A DNA stretch of 26,959 nt from Candidatus Levyibacteriota bacterium. Its GTDB lineage: Bacteria > Patescibacteriota > Microgenomatia > Levybacterales > UBA12049. A program made the translations under genes and the position numbers. The notes beneath the pieces were generated by a model. It searched no databases, was not told the origin of the DNA, and saw nothing but the letters and a program-made list of their open reading frames with translations. How positions within the stretch are numbered: position 1 is the stretch's first letter; each line of letters opens with the position of its first letter. Below, piece by piece: positions 16,292 through 25,380 of the stretch. The stretch covers positions 1 to 26,959 of the forward strand of contig JBDHUU010000001.1 in assembly GCA_039809285.1 (NCBI GenBank), given 5' to 3'.

Positions 16292-17002
16292 TTAGCGTTT
16301 TTTATTGTTAAAGGAAGTATATTCTTGGAGCTTTTGGATATCAAGAATTGTTACCTGTCCACGTTTTATCTGAATGATTTTTTCATCCTCTAACCGATGG
16401 AGGGCGTTGGTTACAGTTTCACGAAATGCTCCTACAAATTCGGCAATCCTTTGGTGAGTTAGCTCAAGGTCAATAACGATGTTGCCTTGTTTCTCTGTGC
16501 CAAAACGTATAGCACAATCTGCAAGAAATATCGCTACACGAGCTGTTGTACTAGCATAAATGAAGCTTTCGAATTTTTGTTCTGTATAGGCAAGGCGGTC
16601 TCTAAAGACTTGCAATAGATCAACGAGAAATTCGGGATGATCAGTTAGTATCTGAAAGCATTCTTGACGTGAGATTGTGATAACTTTAACCTCAGTCAAC
16701 GTCTCGGCAGTGTGCTTGGTACGATCCTCTTTAGTAAGCAGAGTTCGAATTCCAAGTACGTTGCCGGGGCCTAATAGGTAGCTTGTTGTTTCTTTGCCTT
16801 CTTCCGACAAACGATAAATTTTAATGTATCCCTCTTTCAAATAATATAATCTACCAAGAGGATCACCTGTATTAAAAAGAATAGTTCCCTTTTTTATAAA
16901 TTGAGTTGGATACTTTGTAGCACTAGAAAATAGCGATGAAAAATCTGCTGGTTCCCAAATCTTATTGAGGCGTTCTAGGACACGGTGACGATATTCATCC
17001 AT
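16292..17002 (-). CDS. Crp/Fnr-family transcriptional regulator
   Basis: cNMP-binding beta-roll (KKGTILFNTGD...YYLKEGYIKIYRLSEEGKE) plus HTH LTHQRIAEFVGAFRETVTNAL. Confidence 0.95.
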   Translation of the reverse strand: MDEYRHRVLERLNKIWEPADFSSLFSSATKYPTQFIKKGTILFNTGDPLGRLYYLKEGYIKIYRLSEEGKETTSYLLGPGNVLGIRTLLTKEDRTKHTAETLTEVKVITISRQECFQILTDHPEFLVDLLQVFRDRLAYTEQKFESFIYASTTARVAIFLADCAIRFGTEKQGNIVIDLELTHQRIAEFVGAFRETVTNALHRLEDEKIIQIKRGQVTILDIQKLQEYTSFNNKKR

Positions 17003-17010
17003 TGGTGTTT

Positions 17011-17019
17011 AGTATAGCA
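17011..17019 (-). promoter_or_regulatory. Extended -10 promoter for the Crp/Fnr gene
   Basis: TGcTATACT, 8 nt before the ATG. Confidence 0.7.
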
Positions 17020-17027
17020 AAAGTAGC

Positions 17028-18122
17028 TTATTGCCATTTAAATGTACGTGCAGCAAGAAGATACATTACTGTTCCCCAGATAGCTAGACCAAAGAGATAA
17101 GGAAACGTAGCAGTTAATGGTGCTCCCTCTGTTGCAATCATACGAACGGCATGGTTGAAGTAGGATAAAGGTAAATTATTAGCAAGAGGCTGAACCCAGC
17201 TTGGTAAAGAATCGGTAGAAAAAAATACTCCACTTAATAGAAATTGTGGAAGCGTAATAATATTAGTCAGTGGGCTGGCTGCGTTCTCATCATTAACTCT
17301 TCCTGCGATAAAATAACCAAAGCCTAAAAATGATATCAAGCCAAAGCTAGAAACAAGCATAAGGTCAATAAATGTAATCCAGCCATGTGGGAGATAAAAA
17401 TGAAATAGTAAAACAGCAACTCCTAAAATAAGAACAGTCTGAATGAGTCCCATGATAAGTCTGCTTGTTCCTTGTGCAAGTAATATAGTGAGCGCTTTTG
17501 TCGGCGTCGCAAACATTCTTTTGAGAATGAGAGCTTTCTTAAGATAAATTAAACCAAAGACGGTTCCCATAATTGCCGTTGAAAGAAGTGCGAAACCAAT
17601 TTGTCCAGGTACAGCAAAGTCGATATACCGATAGGGATGTCCTGCTACTTCTTTCTGAGTGAGATTAATTGGCGGTGTCGTTATACCGCTTAATCCTAAG
17701 TTAGCCTTATCAATAACACCTTGAACAACTCCCTTAACTTCACTTGTCTGAACAGGATTAGCTGATGAAGTAAGTAATGTGGCCTGGTAAGCGTTCTCAC
17801 CCGTTTGGGTTACCTCGATAATTCCTCCTAACTTCCCTGTTCGGAGTGAATTGTAGAGGTCAGTTTTGCTGCCAGATTGAATCGTAATAAAGTCGAGCTT
17901 TAGGAGCGTTTGCTCAACAATTGTCTTGGGTTGAGCTTTAGGAATTCCGATAGTAACTCGTTCGGGATTGTTACCAATTAGTCCAAAAATACTAATGAAT
18001 GCAATGGGGAAAATAAAGCCAAAAGCAAATGTTGCAGGATTACGTGTTTGGGCACGAAAGGCGTACCACGCGATCCTTAAGTAGGCTTTCCATTGTCCGG
18101 GTTTGTGGTATTGTTTACTCAT
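17028..18122 (-). CDS. ABC-2 type exporter permease
   Basis: One N-terminal TM, an extracytoplasmic domain, then YIDFAVPG, ILKRMFATP and FLLSGVFFS...PLSYF. Confidence 0.93.
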   Translation of the reverse strand: MSKQYHKPGQWKAYLRIAWYAFRAQTRNPATFAFGFIFPIAFISIFGLIGNNPERVTIGIPKAQPKTIVEQTLLKLDFITIQSGSKTDLYNSLRTGKLGGIIEVTQTGENAYQATLLTSSANPVQTSEVKGVVQGVIDKANLGLSGITTPPINLTQKEVAGHPYRYIDFAVPGQIGFALLSTAIMGTVFGLIYLKKALILKRMFATPTKALTILLAQGTSRLIMGLIQTVLILGVAVLLFHFYLPHGWITFIDLMLVSSFGLISFLGFGYFIAGRVNDENAASPLTNIITLPQFLLSGVFFSTDSLPSWVQPLANNLPLSYFNHAVRMIATEGAPLTATFPYLFGLAIWGTVMYLLAARTFKWQ

Positions 18123-18885
18123 CTCGTAAGTGCCTCCCTGTTAAGTGGATAAAAACATCCTCTAAGGTTGCTGGCTGAGGTCGGACTTCTTTTTTGAATC
18201 CTGTTTTTAACAGTTCATCAATTAACTTCTTAGGGGTTCCAATTTTTACAATCCTTCCATGATCCATTATAGCCAATCTGTCACACAGTTTTTCTGCTTC
18301 ATCCATATAGTGAGTAGTGAGGACAAGTGTTGTTCCCGATTTTTTGATAGCTTCAATCATTTCCCAAAGATTAATACGTGCTTGCGGATCTAACCCTGTT
18401 GTAGGTTCGTCCAAAAAAATAACACGAGGATTGTTAACAAGTGTTGAGACTATCGAGAAACGTTGTTTTTGACCTCCTGATAATTTATCGACAAAGCTTT
18501 TTGCTTTGTCTTCTAATTGAACTTTTTTAAGCATAGCCATGGGGTCGACCTGTACATCATACATCGCACCAAACATGTTAAGAAGCTCCACCAATGTTAG
18601 TTGTGGGTAAAAATTAGAAGACTGAAGTTGTACTCCAATTCGGGATTTAACTTCCCATGGATGGACAAGCGTATCTACACCATCGACGAGAATTTGACCA
18701 TCGGTTTGTTTTTGGAGAGTTTCTATGATCTCAAGGGTCGTTGTCTTCCCGGCTCCATTTGGTCCCAAAATACCAAATATCTCTCCTTCCTCAACTGCAA
18801 AAGATACTCCATCTACAGCAGTAAAATCACCAAATTTTTTAACAAGATTTCTCACTTCAATAATAGGAGTTTTAGCATTTGCCAT
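18115..18885 (-). CDS. ABC exporter ATP-binding subunit
   Basis: Walker A GPNGAGKTT, signature LSGGQKQR, Walker B IFLDEPTTGLD, H-loop TTHYMDEA. Confidence 0.97.
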   Translation of the reverse strand: MANAKTPIIEVRNLVKKFGDFTAVDGVSFAVEEGEIFGILGPNGAGKTTTLEIIETLQKQTDGQILVDGVDTLVHPWEVKSRIGVQLQSSNFYPQLTLVELLNMFGAMYDVQVDPMAMLKKVQLEDKAKSFVDKLSGGQKQRFSIVSTLVNNPRVIFLDEPTTGLDPQARINLWEMIEAIKKSGTTLVLTTHYMDEAEKLCDRLAIMDHGRIVKIGTPKKLIDELLKTGFKKEVRPQPATLEDVFIHLTGRHLRDE

Positions 18886-18891
18886 AACTAC

Positions 18892-18900
18892 ATACTAGCA
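18892..18900 (-). promoter_or_regulatory. Extended -10 promoter for the ABC operon, leaderless geometry
   Basis: TGcTAGTAT, 6 nt before the ATG at 18885. Confidence 0.65.
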
Positions 18901-18904
18901 TGAA

Positions 18905-19963
18905 TTAAGGGAGAATGTGCCCAACCCCAGGAGATGTTACTATTTTTTCATCCTCAAAAACGATAGCTCCTCGAATAATAGTTTTTTTAAGTTTCCCTTT
19001 CATCTTCCAGCCATTAAAAGGAGTCCATTTAGCCTTTGAATGCATCTTAGTCTGGTCGATTACATACTCTTCGTCTAGATCAATCTCGATGTAGGTCTTA
19101 TCACCTTGGTTGATAGTAAATCGTTGGCTGGGTCCGACGTAACATAGACGTTTTAGCGTATCAAGTGTAAGCGTATTTTGTGAGACTGCGGTAAGAAGAA
19201 GTGGAAGCGTGGTCTCAAGTCCTGGAATCCCATTGGGTGGATTTTGTGACTCTTTTTCCTTTAACGTATGGGGTGCGTGGTCTGATTCGATCATGTCAAT
19301 TGCATCTATATTCTCCCATAAGAAGTCGACGTCTTTTTGGGGCATAAGAGGTGGACGCATCATTGCAAATGAACCATATTTTTTGAAGTGTTGCTCGGAC
19401 AAGAATAAATGATGTGGGGTAACCCCGCAGGTAACATCCATTCCTTTTTCTTTAGCCTCCATTACTCGCTTTAGTTCATAGGCCGTACTCATGTGGCAAA
19501 GATGAATTTTACGGGGGTGTTGGTAAAGTACTTCCAACACGTCGTCGAAAGTCTCGTCTTCTGCATGAAAAAGGATTGGCAGGGCTTTCGGCCATCGTTC
19601 AAAGATTTCAGCTAAGTGTTTCTTATCAAGCAAAAAATTACCGGTTGTCTGATTAAGATAGACCTTAAGTCCCTTTACTCCTCTTCCCTCCAGTGCGATT
19701 TTATCAAACTCATCAAGATTGTCTCCTAGCGTTCCGAAGTGAAAACCAAGATCGGAGACAATTTGCTTTTCAGCAATTGCAGTTTTTTCTTTAAGCCTAT
19801 CAATTGTGGTAATAGGTACATTGTTGTTGGGCATGTCAATAACAGCTGTAAACCCTCCGGCAATTGCCGCAGAAGTACCAGTGAAGAAGTCCTCTTTTTC
19901 CTCTTGACCTGGAGTTCTGAGGTGAACATGTGGATCGATGAGGCCTGGTAATCGTGTAAGCAT
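18905..19963 (-). CDS. pyrC: Dihydroorotase (CAD-like type)
   Basis: PGLIDPHVHLRTPG, GLKVYLN, FHAE, HLCHMS, TPHHLFL, SDHAPH and GIPGLET. Confidence 0.95.
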   Translation of the reverse strand: MLTRLPGLIDPHVHLRTPGQEEKEDFFTGTSAAIAGGFTAVIDMPNNNVPITTIDRLKEKTAIAEKQIVSDLGFHFGTLGDNLDEFDKIALEGRGVKGLKVYLNQTTGNFLLDKKHLAEIFERWPKALPILFHAEDETFDDVLEVLYQHPRKIHLCHMSTAYELKRVMEAKEKGMDVTCGVTPHHLFLSEQHFKKYGSFAMMRPPLMPQKDVDFLWENIDAIDMIESDHAPHTLKEKESQNPPNGIPGLETTLPLLLTAVSQNTLTLDTLKRLCYVGPSQRFTINQGDKTYIEIDLDEEYVIDQTKMHSKAKWTPFNGWKMKGKLKKTIIRGAIVFEDEKIVTSPGVGHILP

Positions 19964-19966
19964 ACT

Positions 19967-22900
19967 TTATTTATACTCGTCCCAAGCTTTAATTGGAAGA
20001 GTTTCAATTTTTTTCTCGGTAATTGCTTTAAGAAAAAGAATCGCTTTCTGTTGATTGGTAAAGACAGCCAGATTGTTGTCGATCGCAGCTCTCCTAATCA
20101 AGTAACCGTCATTAATTGCCCGTTCGACATCTTGGTCTGGAATATTGATTACAAGATCAATCTTCCCACTCTTGAAATAGTCGATGACATTAGGAGTTTT
20201 TGTCTCATAGAGTTTGTAGACTCGTTTGACAGGTATACCGTATCTGTGGAGGAATTTTGCAGTCTTATCAGTTGCAAAAATTGGTAGATCAAGACTAAAA
20301 AGATAGTTGATTGCTTCCTCAAGGAATTTATATTTGTTGACTTCGCCTCCGATACTAATAAATACACCTTTTTTAGGAATCTTCACGCCAACACTCAGTT
20401 CTGCTTTTAGGAATGCTTCCTCGACATCATCACCAAAGCATGCTACTTCTCCTGTTGAGGCCATCTCAACACCTAAAGTAGGATCGGCTCCAGCGATACG
20501 GGCGAAGGAGAACTGCGCTGCTTTGACAGCGACAAAGTCGAGGTCCGAAATATTTCCGTTGAGAGGTTTGATATTTTTACCAAAGAAAGCATCTGTTGCC
20601 ATTTCGATGAGGTTGGTACCAATAACTTTTGAGATGAAAGGGAAAGTCCGTGATGCACGTAAGTTAACTTCAATAATTGCTACGTTATTGCCTTTTGCGA
20701 GGCACTGAATATTAAATGGACCGGTAATAGCTAGTTCTTTAGCAATTGATTTTGTAATAAGACGAATTTTGCGAAGAGTTTCTAGATAGATTCTTTGGGC
20801 GGGTTGTGCAACTGTAGCATCTCCAGAGTGGACACCTGCATGCTCAATATGCTCAGAAACTACCAAGGCTTTAACGATACCTTTTTCTGCTACACAATCC
20901 ACCTCGATTTCTTTTGCGTCTTCAACAAATTTTGAGATAGTGACAGGGTATTCTTGAGAAATGCTTGCTACTTCACCCAAAAAATCACGTAATTCTTTTT
21001 CCGAATGACAAATCTTCATACTTTGTCCAGAAAGAACATATGAAGGTCTGATAAGAACTGGGAATCCTACTTTTTTAGAAAAGCTCATTGCTTTAGTGAC
21101 AGTTGTAAAGCTATCCCAAGGAGGTTGTGTAATCTCCAATTCATCTAGAAGTGCAGAAAAACGAGTACGGTTTTCTGCCCGATCAATATTGTCAGGATCT
21201 GTTCCTAGAAGAGGTGCTCCGTATGCTTTGAGTGCCTTTGCTCTATTGTTAGGAGTCTGGCCGCCCATTGAAACAATAATCCCATAGGACTTTTCAAAAT
21301 CATAAATATCTGCAATTCTTTCAAATGTGAGTTCCTCAAAATAGAGCCTGTCTGAGATATCATAATCAGTTGATACTGTCTCGGGGTTACAATTGATCAC
21401 AATCGATTTTTTATCATGATCCTTAAGCCGCATGACCGTTGTTACACTTGTCCAGTCAAACTCAACTGATGAACCAATACGGTATGGCCCGGAGCCAAGG
21501 ACTATAACTCCTTTATTCTTTAGTGGTTTGACGTCATAATGATTGGCGTTGTAGGTTAGATAAAGGTAGTTAGTCTGAGCTGGGAATTCACCTGCGAGAG
21601 TATCAATCTGGAGTATTGCAGGAACAATACCATAATTTTTCCGTAGTTCGCGTATTTCAAGACCAGTTTTGTTTGTAAGGCTGCCAATTCGCTTGTCGGA
21701 GGTTCCAATTTGCTTAAGAGAAAGTAAGATTTCCTTGGTCAGCTTCTTTTTAAATTTTAGCGCTTTTTCCTGTTGAACAATATTATCTATGCGATATAAG
21801 AACCAGGGATCAATTCCTGTCAGTTCGTAGATCTCCTCAACAGTTATTCCTATGATAAGCGCATGAGCAATTGCGAACATGCGATTTGGCGTTGGCCTTT
21901 TGAGCTGTTCTTTGATCTGATCATCATCTTTGAATAAAGATTCATGGATTACTCCTTCGAAATCAAGATCGAGCATTCGAATAGCCTTCTGGAATGCCTC
22001 TTCAAATGTGCGTCCCATACCCATAACTTCTCCAACTGACTTCATACTGCTACCAATAGTATTTTCTGCTTTCTTAAATTTGTTGAGGTCCCAGCGAGGA
22101 ATTTTTACCGTCAAGTAATCAAGAGCTGGTTCAAAGCAGAACTGTGTCGTCTTCGTAACTTTATTTTTTAATTCGGTAAGATTCTTGCCCAGTGCTAGCT
22201 TAGCTGCCACATAGGCTAATGGATAACCCGTAGCTTTACTTGCAAGAGCACTACTTCTGGACAGTCTGGCGTTCATTTCAATAACGTAATACTCAAAAGG
22301 AATTTTCTCTGGATCATCTACAGTCTGAGGCTTAGGATTGAGCGCAAATTGAACATTACACTCTCCTACTACATTAAGACTTCTGACAATTTTGATAGCT
22401 ATAGATCGCAGAGAATGATATTCGTAATTAGTTAACGTCTGACTGGGAGCAATGACGATAGATTCACCAGTATGGATTCCTAGTGGATCCATGTTCTCCA
22501 TGTTACATACTGTGACGCAGTTATCGAACTTATCTCTTACGACTTCATACTCCACTTCTTTATAATGATGAAGATATTTTTCAACCAGTATTTGTTTGAC
22601 AAAAGAAAATGCGCGGTCTGAGATATCCTTAAGTTCTTTCTCCGATTTTGCAATCCCTGAACCCTGCCCGCCTAAAGAAAATCCTGATCTAACCATAACG
22701 GGGTAGCCAAGCTCCTGGGCTATAGCAAGAGCGTCTTTTGTATTGTATGCGGGTTTGCTCACTGGAGTACTGATATCGAGTTTGTGTAAGTGATCAGCAA
22801 AGGCTTGACGATCTTCAGTTAATTCAATGGTAGAGACTGGTGTGCCAAGTACCTGAACGTTATATCTCTTCAGGATTCCCTGGTTAAAAAGATCGAGGCC

Positions 22901-23185
22901 ACAATTGAGTGCTGTCTGTCCGCCAAACGATAGAAAAATGCCATCTGGCCTTTCCTTATCGATTATCTTTTCAACGAAATCTGGATTAACTGGAAGAAAG
23001 TAGACTCGGTCGGCTAGAATTTTAGAAGTTTGAATAGTAGCAATATTTGGATTTACTAAAACTACCTCAATTCCCTCCTCTTTTAATGCCTTAATAGCCT
23101 GAGAGCCAGAGTAATCAAACTCTCCTGCCTCACCTATCTTTAATGCTCCTGAACCAAGAACGAGTACTTTCTTAATGTCTTTCAT
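19967..23185 (-). CDS. carB: Carbamoyl-phosphate synthase large subunit
   Basis: 1072 aa with duplicated ATP-grasp domains and an MGS domain; IGEAGEFDYSGSQA, RLSRSSALASKATGYP, IGSSVEFDW and HSGDA. Confidence 0.98.
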   Translation of the reverse strand: MKDIKKVLVLGSGALKIGEAGEFDYSGSQAIKALKEEGIEVVLVNPNIATIQTSKILADRVYFLPVNPDFVEKIIDKERPDGIFLSFGGQTALNCGLDLFNQGILKRYNVQVLGTPVSTIELTEDRQAFADHLHKLDISTPVSKPAYNTKDALAIAQELGYPVMVRSGFSLGGQGSGIAKSEKELKDISDRAFSFVKQILVEKYLHHYKEVEYEVVRDKFDNCVTVCNMENMDPLGIHTGESIVIAPSQTLTNYEYHSLRSIAIKIVRSLNVVGECNVQFALNPKPQTVDDPEKIPFEYYVIEMNARLSRSSALASKATGYPLAYVAAKLALGKNLTELKNKVTKTTQFCFEPALDYLTVKIPRWDLNKFKKAENTIGSSMKSVGEVMGMGRTFEEAFQKAIRMLDLDFEGVIHESLFKDDDQIKEQLKRPTPNRMFAIAHALIIGITVEEIYELTGIDPWFLYRIDNIVQQEKALKFKKKLTKEILLSLKQIGTSDKRIGSLTNKTGLEIRELRKNYGIVPAILQIDTLAGEFPAQTNYLYLTYNANHYDVKPLKNKGVIVLGSGPYRIGSSVEFDWTSVTTVMRLKDHDKKSIVINCNPETVSTDYDISDRLYFEELTFERIADIYDFEKSYGIIVSMGGQTPNNRAKALKAYGAPLLGTDPDNIDRAENRTRFSALLDELEITQPPWDSFTTVTKAMSFSKKVGFPVLIRPSYVLSGQSMKICHSEKELRDFLGEVASISQEYPVTISKFVEDAKEIEVDCVAEKGIVKALVVSEHIEHAGVHSGDATVAQPAQRIYLETLRKIRLITKSIAKELAITGPFNIQCLAKGNNVAIIEVNLRASRTFPFISKVIGTNLIEMATDAFFGKNIKPLNGNISDLDFVAVKAAQFSFARIAGADPTLGVEMASTGEVACFGDDVEEAFLKAELSVGVKIPKKGVFISIGGEVNKYKFLEEAINYLFSLDLPIFATDKTAKFLHRYGIPVKRVYKLYETKTPNVIDYFKSGKIDLVINIPDQDVERAINDGYLIRRAAIDNNLAVFTNQQKAILFLKAITEKKIETLPIKAWDEYK

Positions 23186-24264
23186 GACTTGATTTTTTCT
23201 AGATAAAAGTCAAACAACCATTCAGTATCATATGGCCCTGGAGTTGCCTCTGGATGAAATTGAACTGACATAAACGGTAACTTTGTATGGATGATACCTT
23301 CATTGGTCCCGTCGTTTGCATTGGTAAACCATTTTTTAAAGTTACTTGGAATATCGTTTACAGCAAAACCATGATTTTGGGTCGTGATATAACATCTCGG
23401 AGAGCCCTCCATAATACAAGGCTGATTTTGACTACGGTGTCCATATCTCAGTTTCGTCGTTTCCCCACCAGCAGCAAGAGTTAGAAGCTGGTGCCCAAGA
23501 CAAATACCCATTGTCGGAATTTTTAAGTCCATAGACTTTTTAATTGTTGTTATAGTTTTGGTAACAAACGTTGGATCACCAGGACCATTTGAAATGAAGA
23601 GTCCGTCAAAGTGTTTTTTGGAACCTGTTATTTCTTCAATTTTACTTTCTCCCTTTTTAGTAAATGGATCAAAATCCCACGGCGCTACAATGACTGAGAC
23701 ATTCCTTTTCCTTAGTGAATTAATAATATTTCGTTTGGCTCCGCAATCAAGAAGAAGAATAGTCTTGGCCTTTTTATTAGTTGAGGGAAGGTAACTGATA
23801 TTTTTTATTGAGACTTGCTTCACAAGATTTTCTTTATTTGGATCATAATATCCTATCGGCTTGTTGATGGAGATTTTGCCTAGAAGTGACCCTTTTTCAC
23901 GAATGTGCTGTGTCAGTCCCCTGGTATCTTTTATCTGAATGAGGGGTAACTTTTCATTCTTAAACCATTTTGCTAATGAGTTTTGACTTTGGAAATGAGA
24001 TGGCGTATCGATGTAGTTACTCACAATAAGTCCTGAGACCATAAGTCTATCTGCTTCCCAGAGATTTTTATTAGGGACTCCGTAATTTCCGACAAGCGGA
24101 TATGTCAGAACTAGGATTTGTCCTTTAAAAGAAGGGTCAGTTAATCCTTCAGGATATCCCATCATACCTGTTGAAAAAACAACTTCTCCGCTTGTAGAAA
24201 CTGGTGCACCGAAACTTTCTGCTTCAAGGGTAATTCCATCTTTTAATTGAAGTGTAGCGTTCAT
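23182..24264 (-). CDS. carA: Carbamoyl-phosphate synthase small (glutaminase) subunit
   Basis: GEVVFSTGMMGYPE, SNGPGDP, GICLGHQ (catalytic Cys), QNHGFAV and QFHPE. ATGA overlap with carB. Confidence 0.98.
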   Translation of the reverse strand: MNATLQLKDGITLEAESFGAPVSTSGEVVFSTGMMGYPEGLTDPSFKGQILVLTYPLVGNYGVPNKNLWEADRLMVSGLIVSNYIDTPSHFQSQNSLAKWFKNEKLPLIQIKDTRGLTQHIREKGSLLGKISINKPIGYYDPNKENLVKQVSIKNISYLPSTNKKAKTILLLDCGAKRNIINSLRKRNVSVIVAPWDFDPFTKKGESKIEEITGSKKHFDGLFISNGPGDPTFVTKTITTIKKSMDLKIPTMGICLGHQLLTLAAGGETTKLRYGHRSQNQPCIMEGSPRCYITTQNHGFAVNDIPSNFKKWFTNANDGTNEGIIHTKLPFMSVQFHPEATPGPYDTEWLFDFYLEKIKS

Positions 24265-24269
24265 AGTCT

Positions 24270-24317
24270 AAAAAAAGTCATCCAACTCCTGGAATAAATC
24301 CGCAGAATTTGAATGAC
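24270..24317 (-). terminator. Intercistronic terminator/attenuator between pyrB and carA
   Basis: Minus strand GTCATTCAA...TTGGATGAC (9-bp stem with one G-U, further inner pairing), then T7, 5 nt, and the carA ATG. Confidence 0.7.
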
Positions 24318-24320
24318 GTG

Positions 24321-25295
24321 TTATTTCAATTTACCCAGTGTCAAGCTAATAAGTGCCATCCTAACATACATGCCATTTTTTATTTGTGACCTGAAGTAGA
24401 CTGCTCTTTTATCACCATCTACACTTGTTTCGATTTCACCGACTCGAGGAAGCGGATGCATAAGGATCATTTTCTGAGAGGCTTTTTCTCTCAATAAGTT
24501 TGGTGTAACAATGAATGAGTGTTTAACCTTTTCGTAGTCACTGAGATTTTTGAAGCGTTCTTTTTGGACCCGAGTCCAATACCAGACATCAGCATTTTTA
24601 GGTATATCTTGACTATTGTGAATCTCAATTAACTTTAATCCTCTTTTTTCAAATAGCGCTTTTTCTTCTTTAGGAAGTTTGAGTATTTGTGGGGAAAGAA
24701 GATAGATAGTATTGTTCTCAAAAAGTGAAAGTCCTCGTAAAAGTGAATGGACTGTCCTGCCATTAAGAAGATCTCCAGCAAAAAGAATTGTCAGATTATC
24801 AAGCCTACCAAATTTTTCATAGATAGTATACATATCCAAAAGCGCTTGGGTTGGGTGCTCGCCTACTCCATCTCCAGCATTTATAATAGGTACAAAAAAA
24901 GCAGCCTCTGCTGCTTTTTTAGCTGCTCCTTTTTCTGGATGGCGAAGAATAATAATATCTGAATAGCTTTCCAAAGTACGAATAGTATCCTCAAGTGTCT
25001 CCCCTTTAGCAACTGAGGAGGTACTGGTTGGGTTTTGGAATTCTAGAGTCTGCCCACCTAAGCGTTTAATAGCGCTTGCGAATGAGCCAAACGTTCGACT
25101 CGATGGCTCGTAAAAAATAAGGGCAGCTATGCTACCCTTCAGAATATCTAGGACTTTCCCTCTTTCAGTAAAGGTTTGGAGGTGTTTAGCATGCTTAAAA
25201 AGATGATATAAGGAGGGAACGTCAAATTGATCAAGGGATAAAATATCCTGCGACTTAAATTTTTTTTGTAGTGTAGTCTTTTTTTGTGTGGGCAT
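24321..25295 (-). CDS. pyrB: Aspartate carbamoyltransferase catalytic subunit
   Basis: FYEPSSRT (STRT variant), KGETLEDT, INAGDG..EHPTQALLD, TRVQKERF and MHPLPR. Confidence 0.97.
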   Translation of the reverse strand: MPTQKKTTLQKKFKSQDILSLDQFDVPSLYHLFKHAKHLQTFTERGKVLDILKGSIAALIFYEPSSRTFGSFASAIKRLGGQTLEFQNPTSTSSVAKGETLEDTIRTLESYSDIIILRHPEKGAAKKAAEAAFFVPIINAGDGVGEHPTQALLDMYTIYEKFGRLDNLTILFAGDLLNGRTVHSLLRGLSLFENNTIYLLSPQILKLPKEEKALFEKRGLKLIEIHNSQDIPKNADVWYWTRVQKERFKNLSDYEKVKHSFIVTPNLLREKASQKMILMHPLPRVGEIETSVDGDKRAVYFRSQIKNGMYVRMALISLTLGKLK

Positions 25296-25338
25296 AAAAA
25301 AACCAGGACCCCTCTGCCGTCAGGCAGGTCGCTCCTGG
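25296..25338 (-). terminator. Leader terminator/attenuator immediately before the pyrB ATG
   Basis: Minus strand CCAGGA-gcgac-CTGCC-tgac-GGCAG-agggg-TCCTGG-TTTTTTT-ATG. Confidence 0.75.
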
Positions 25339-25344
25339 AGTATT

Positions 25345-25373
25345 AGTTTAAGCACTTTAGGTCTTCGTGTCAA
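25345..25373 (-). promoter_or_regulatory. Sigma70 promoter of the pyr operon
   Basis: TTGACA (25373-25368), 17 nt, TAAACT (25350-25345). Confidence 0.85.
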
Positions 25374-25380
25374 GAAGAAT

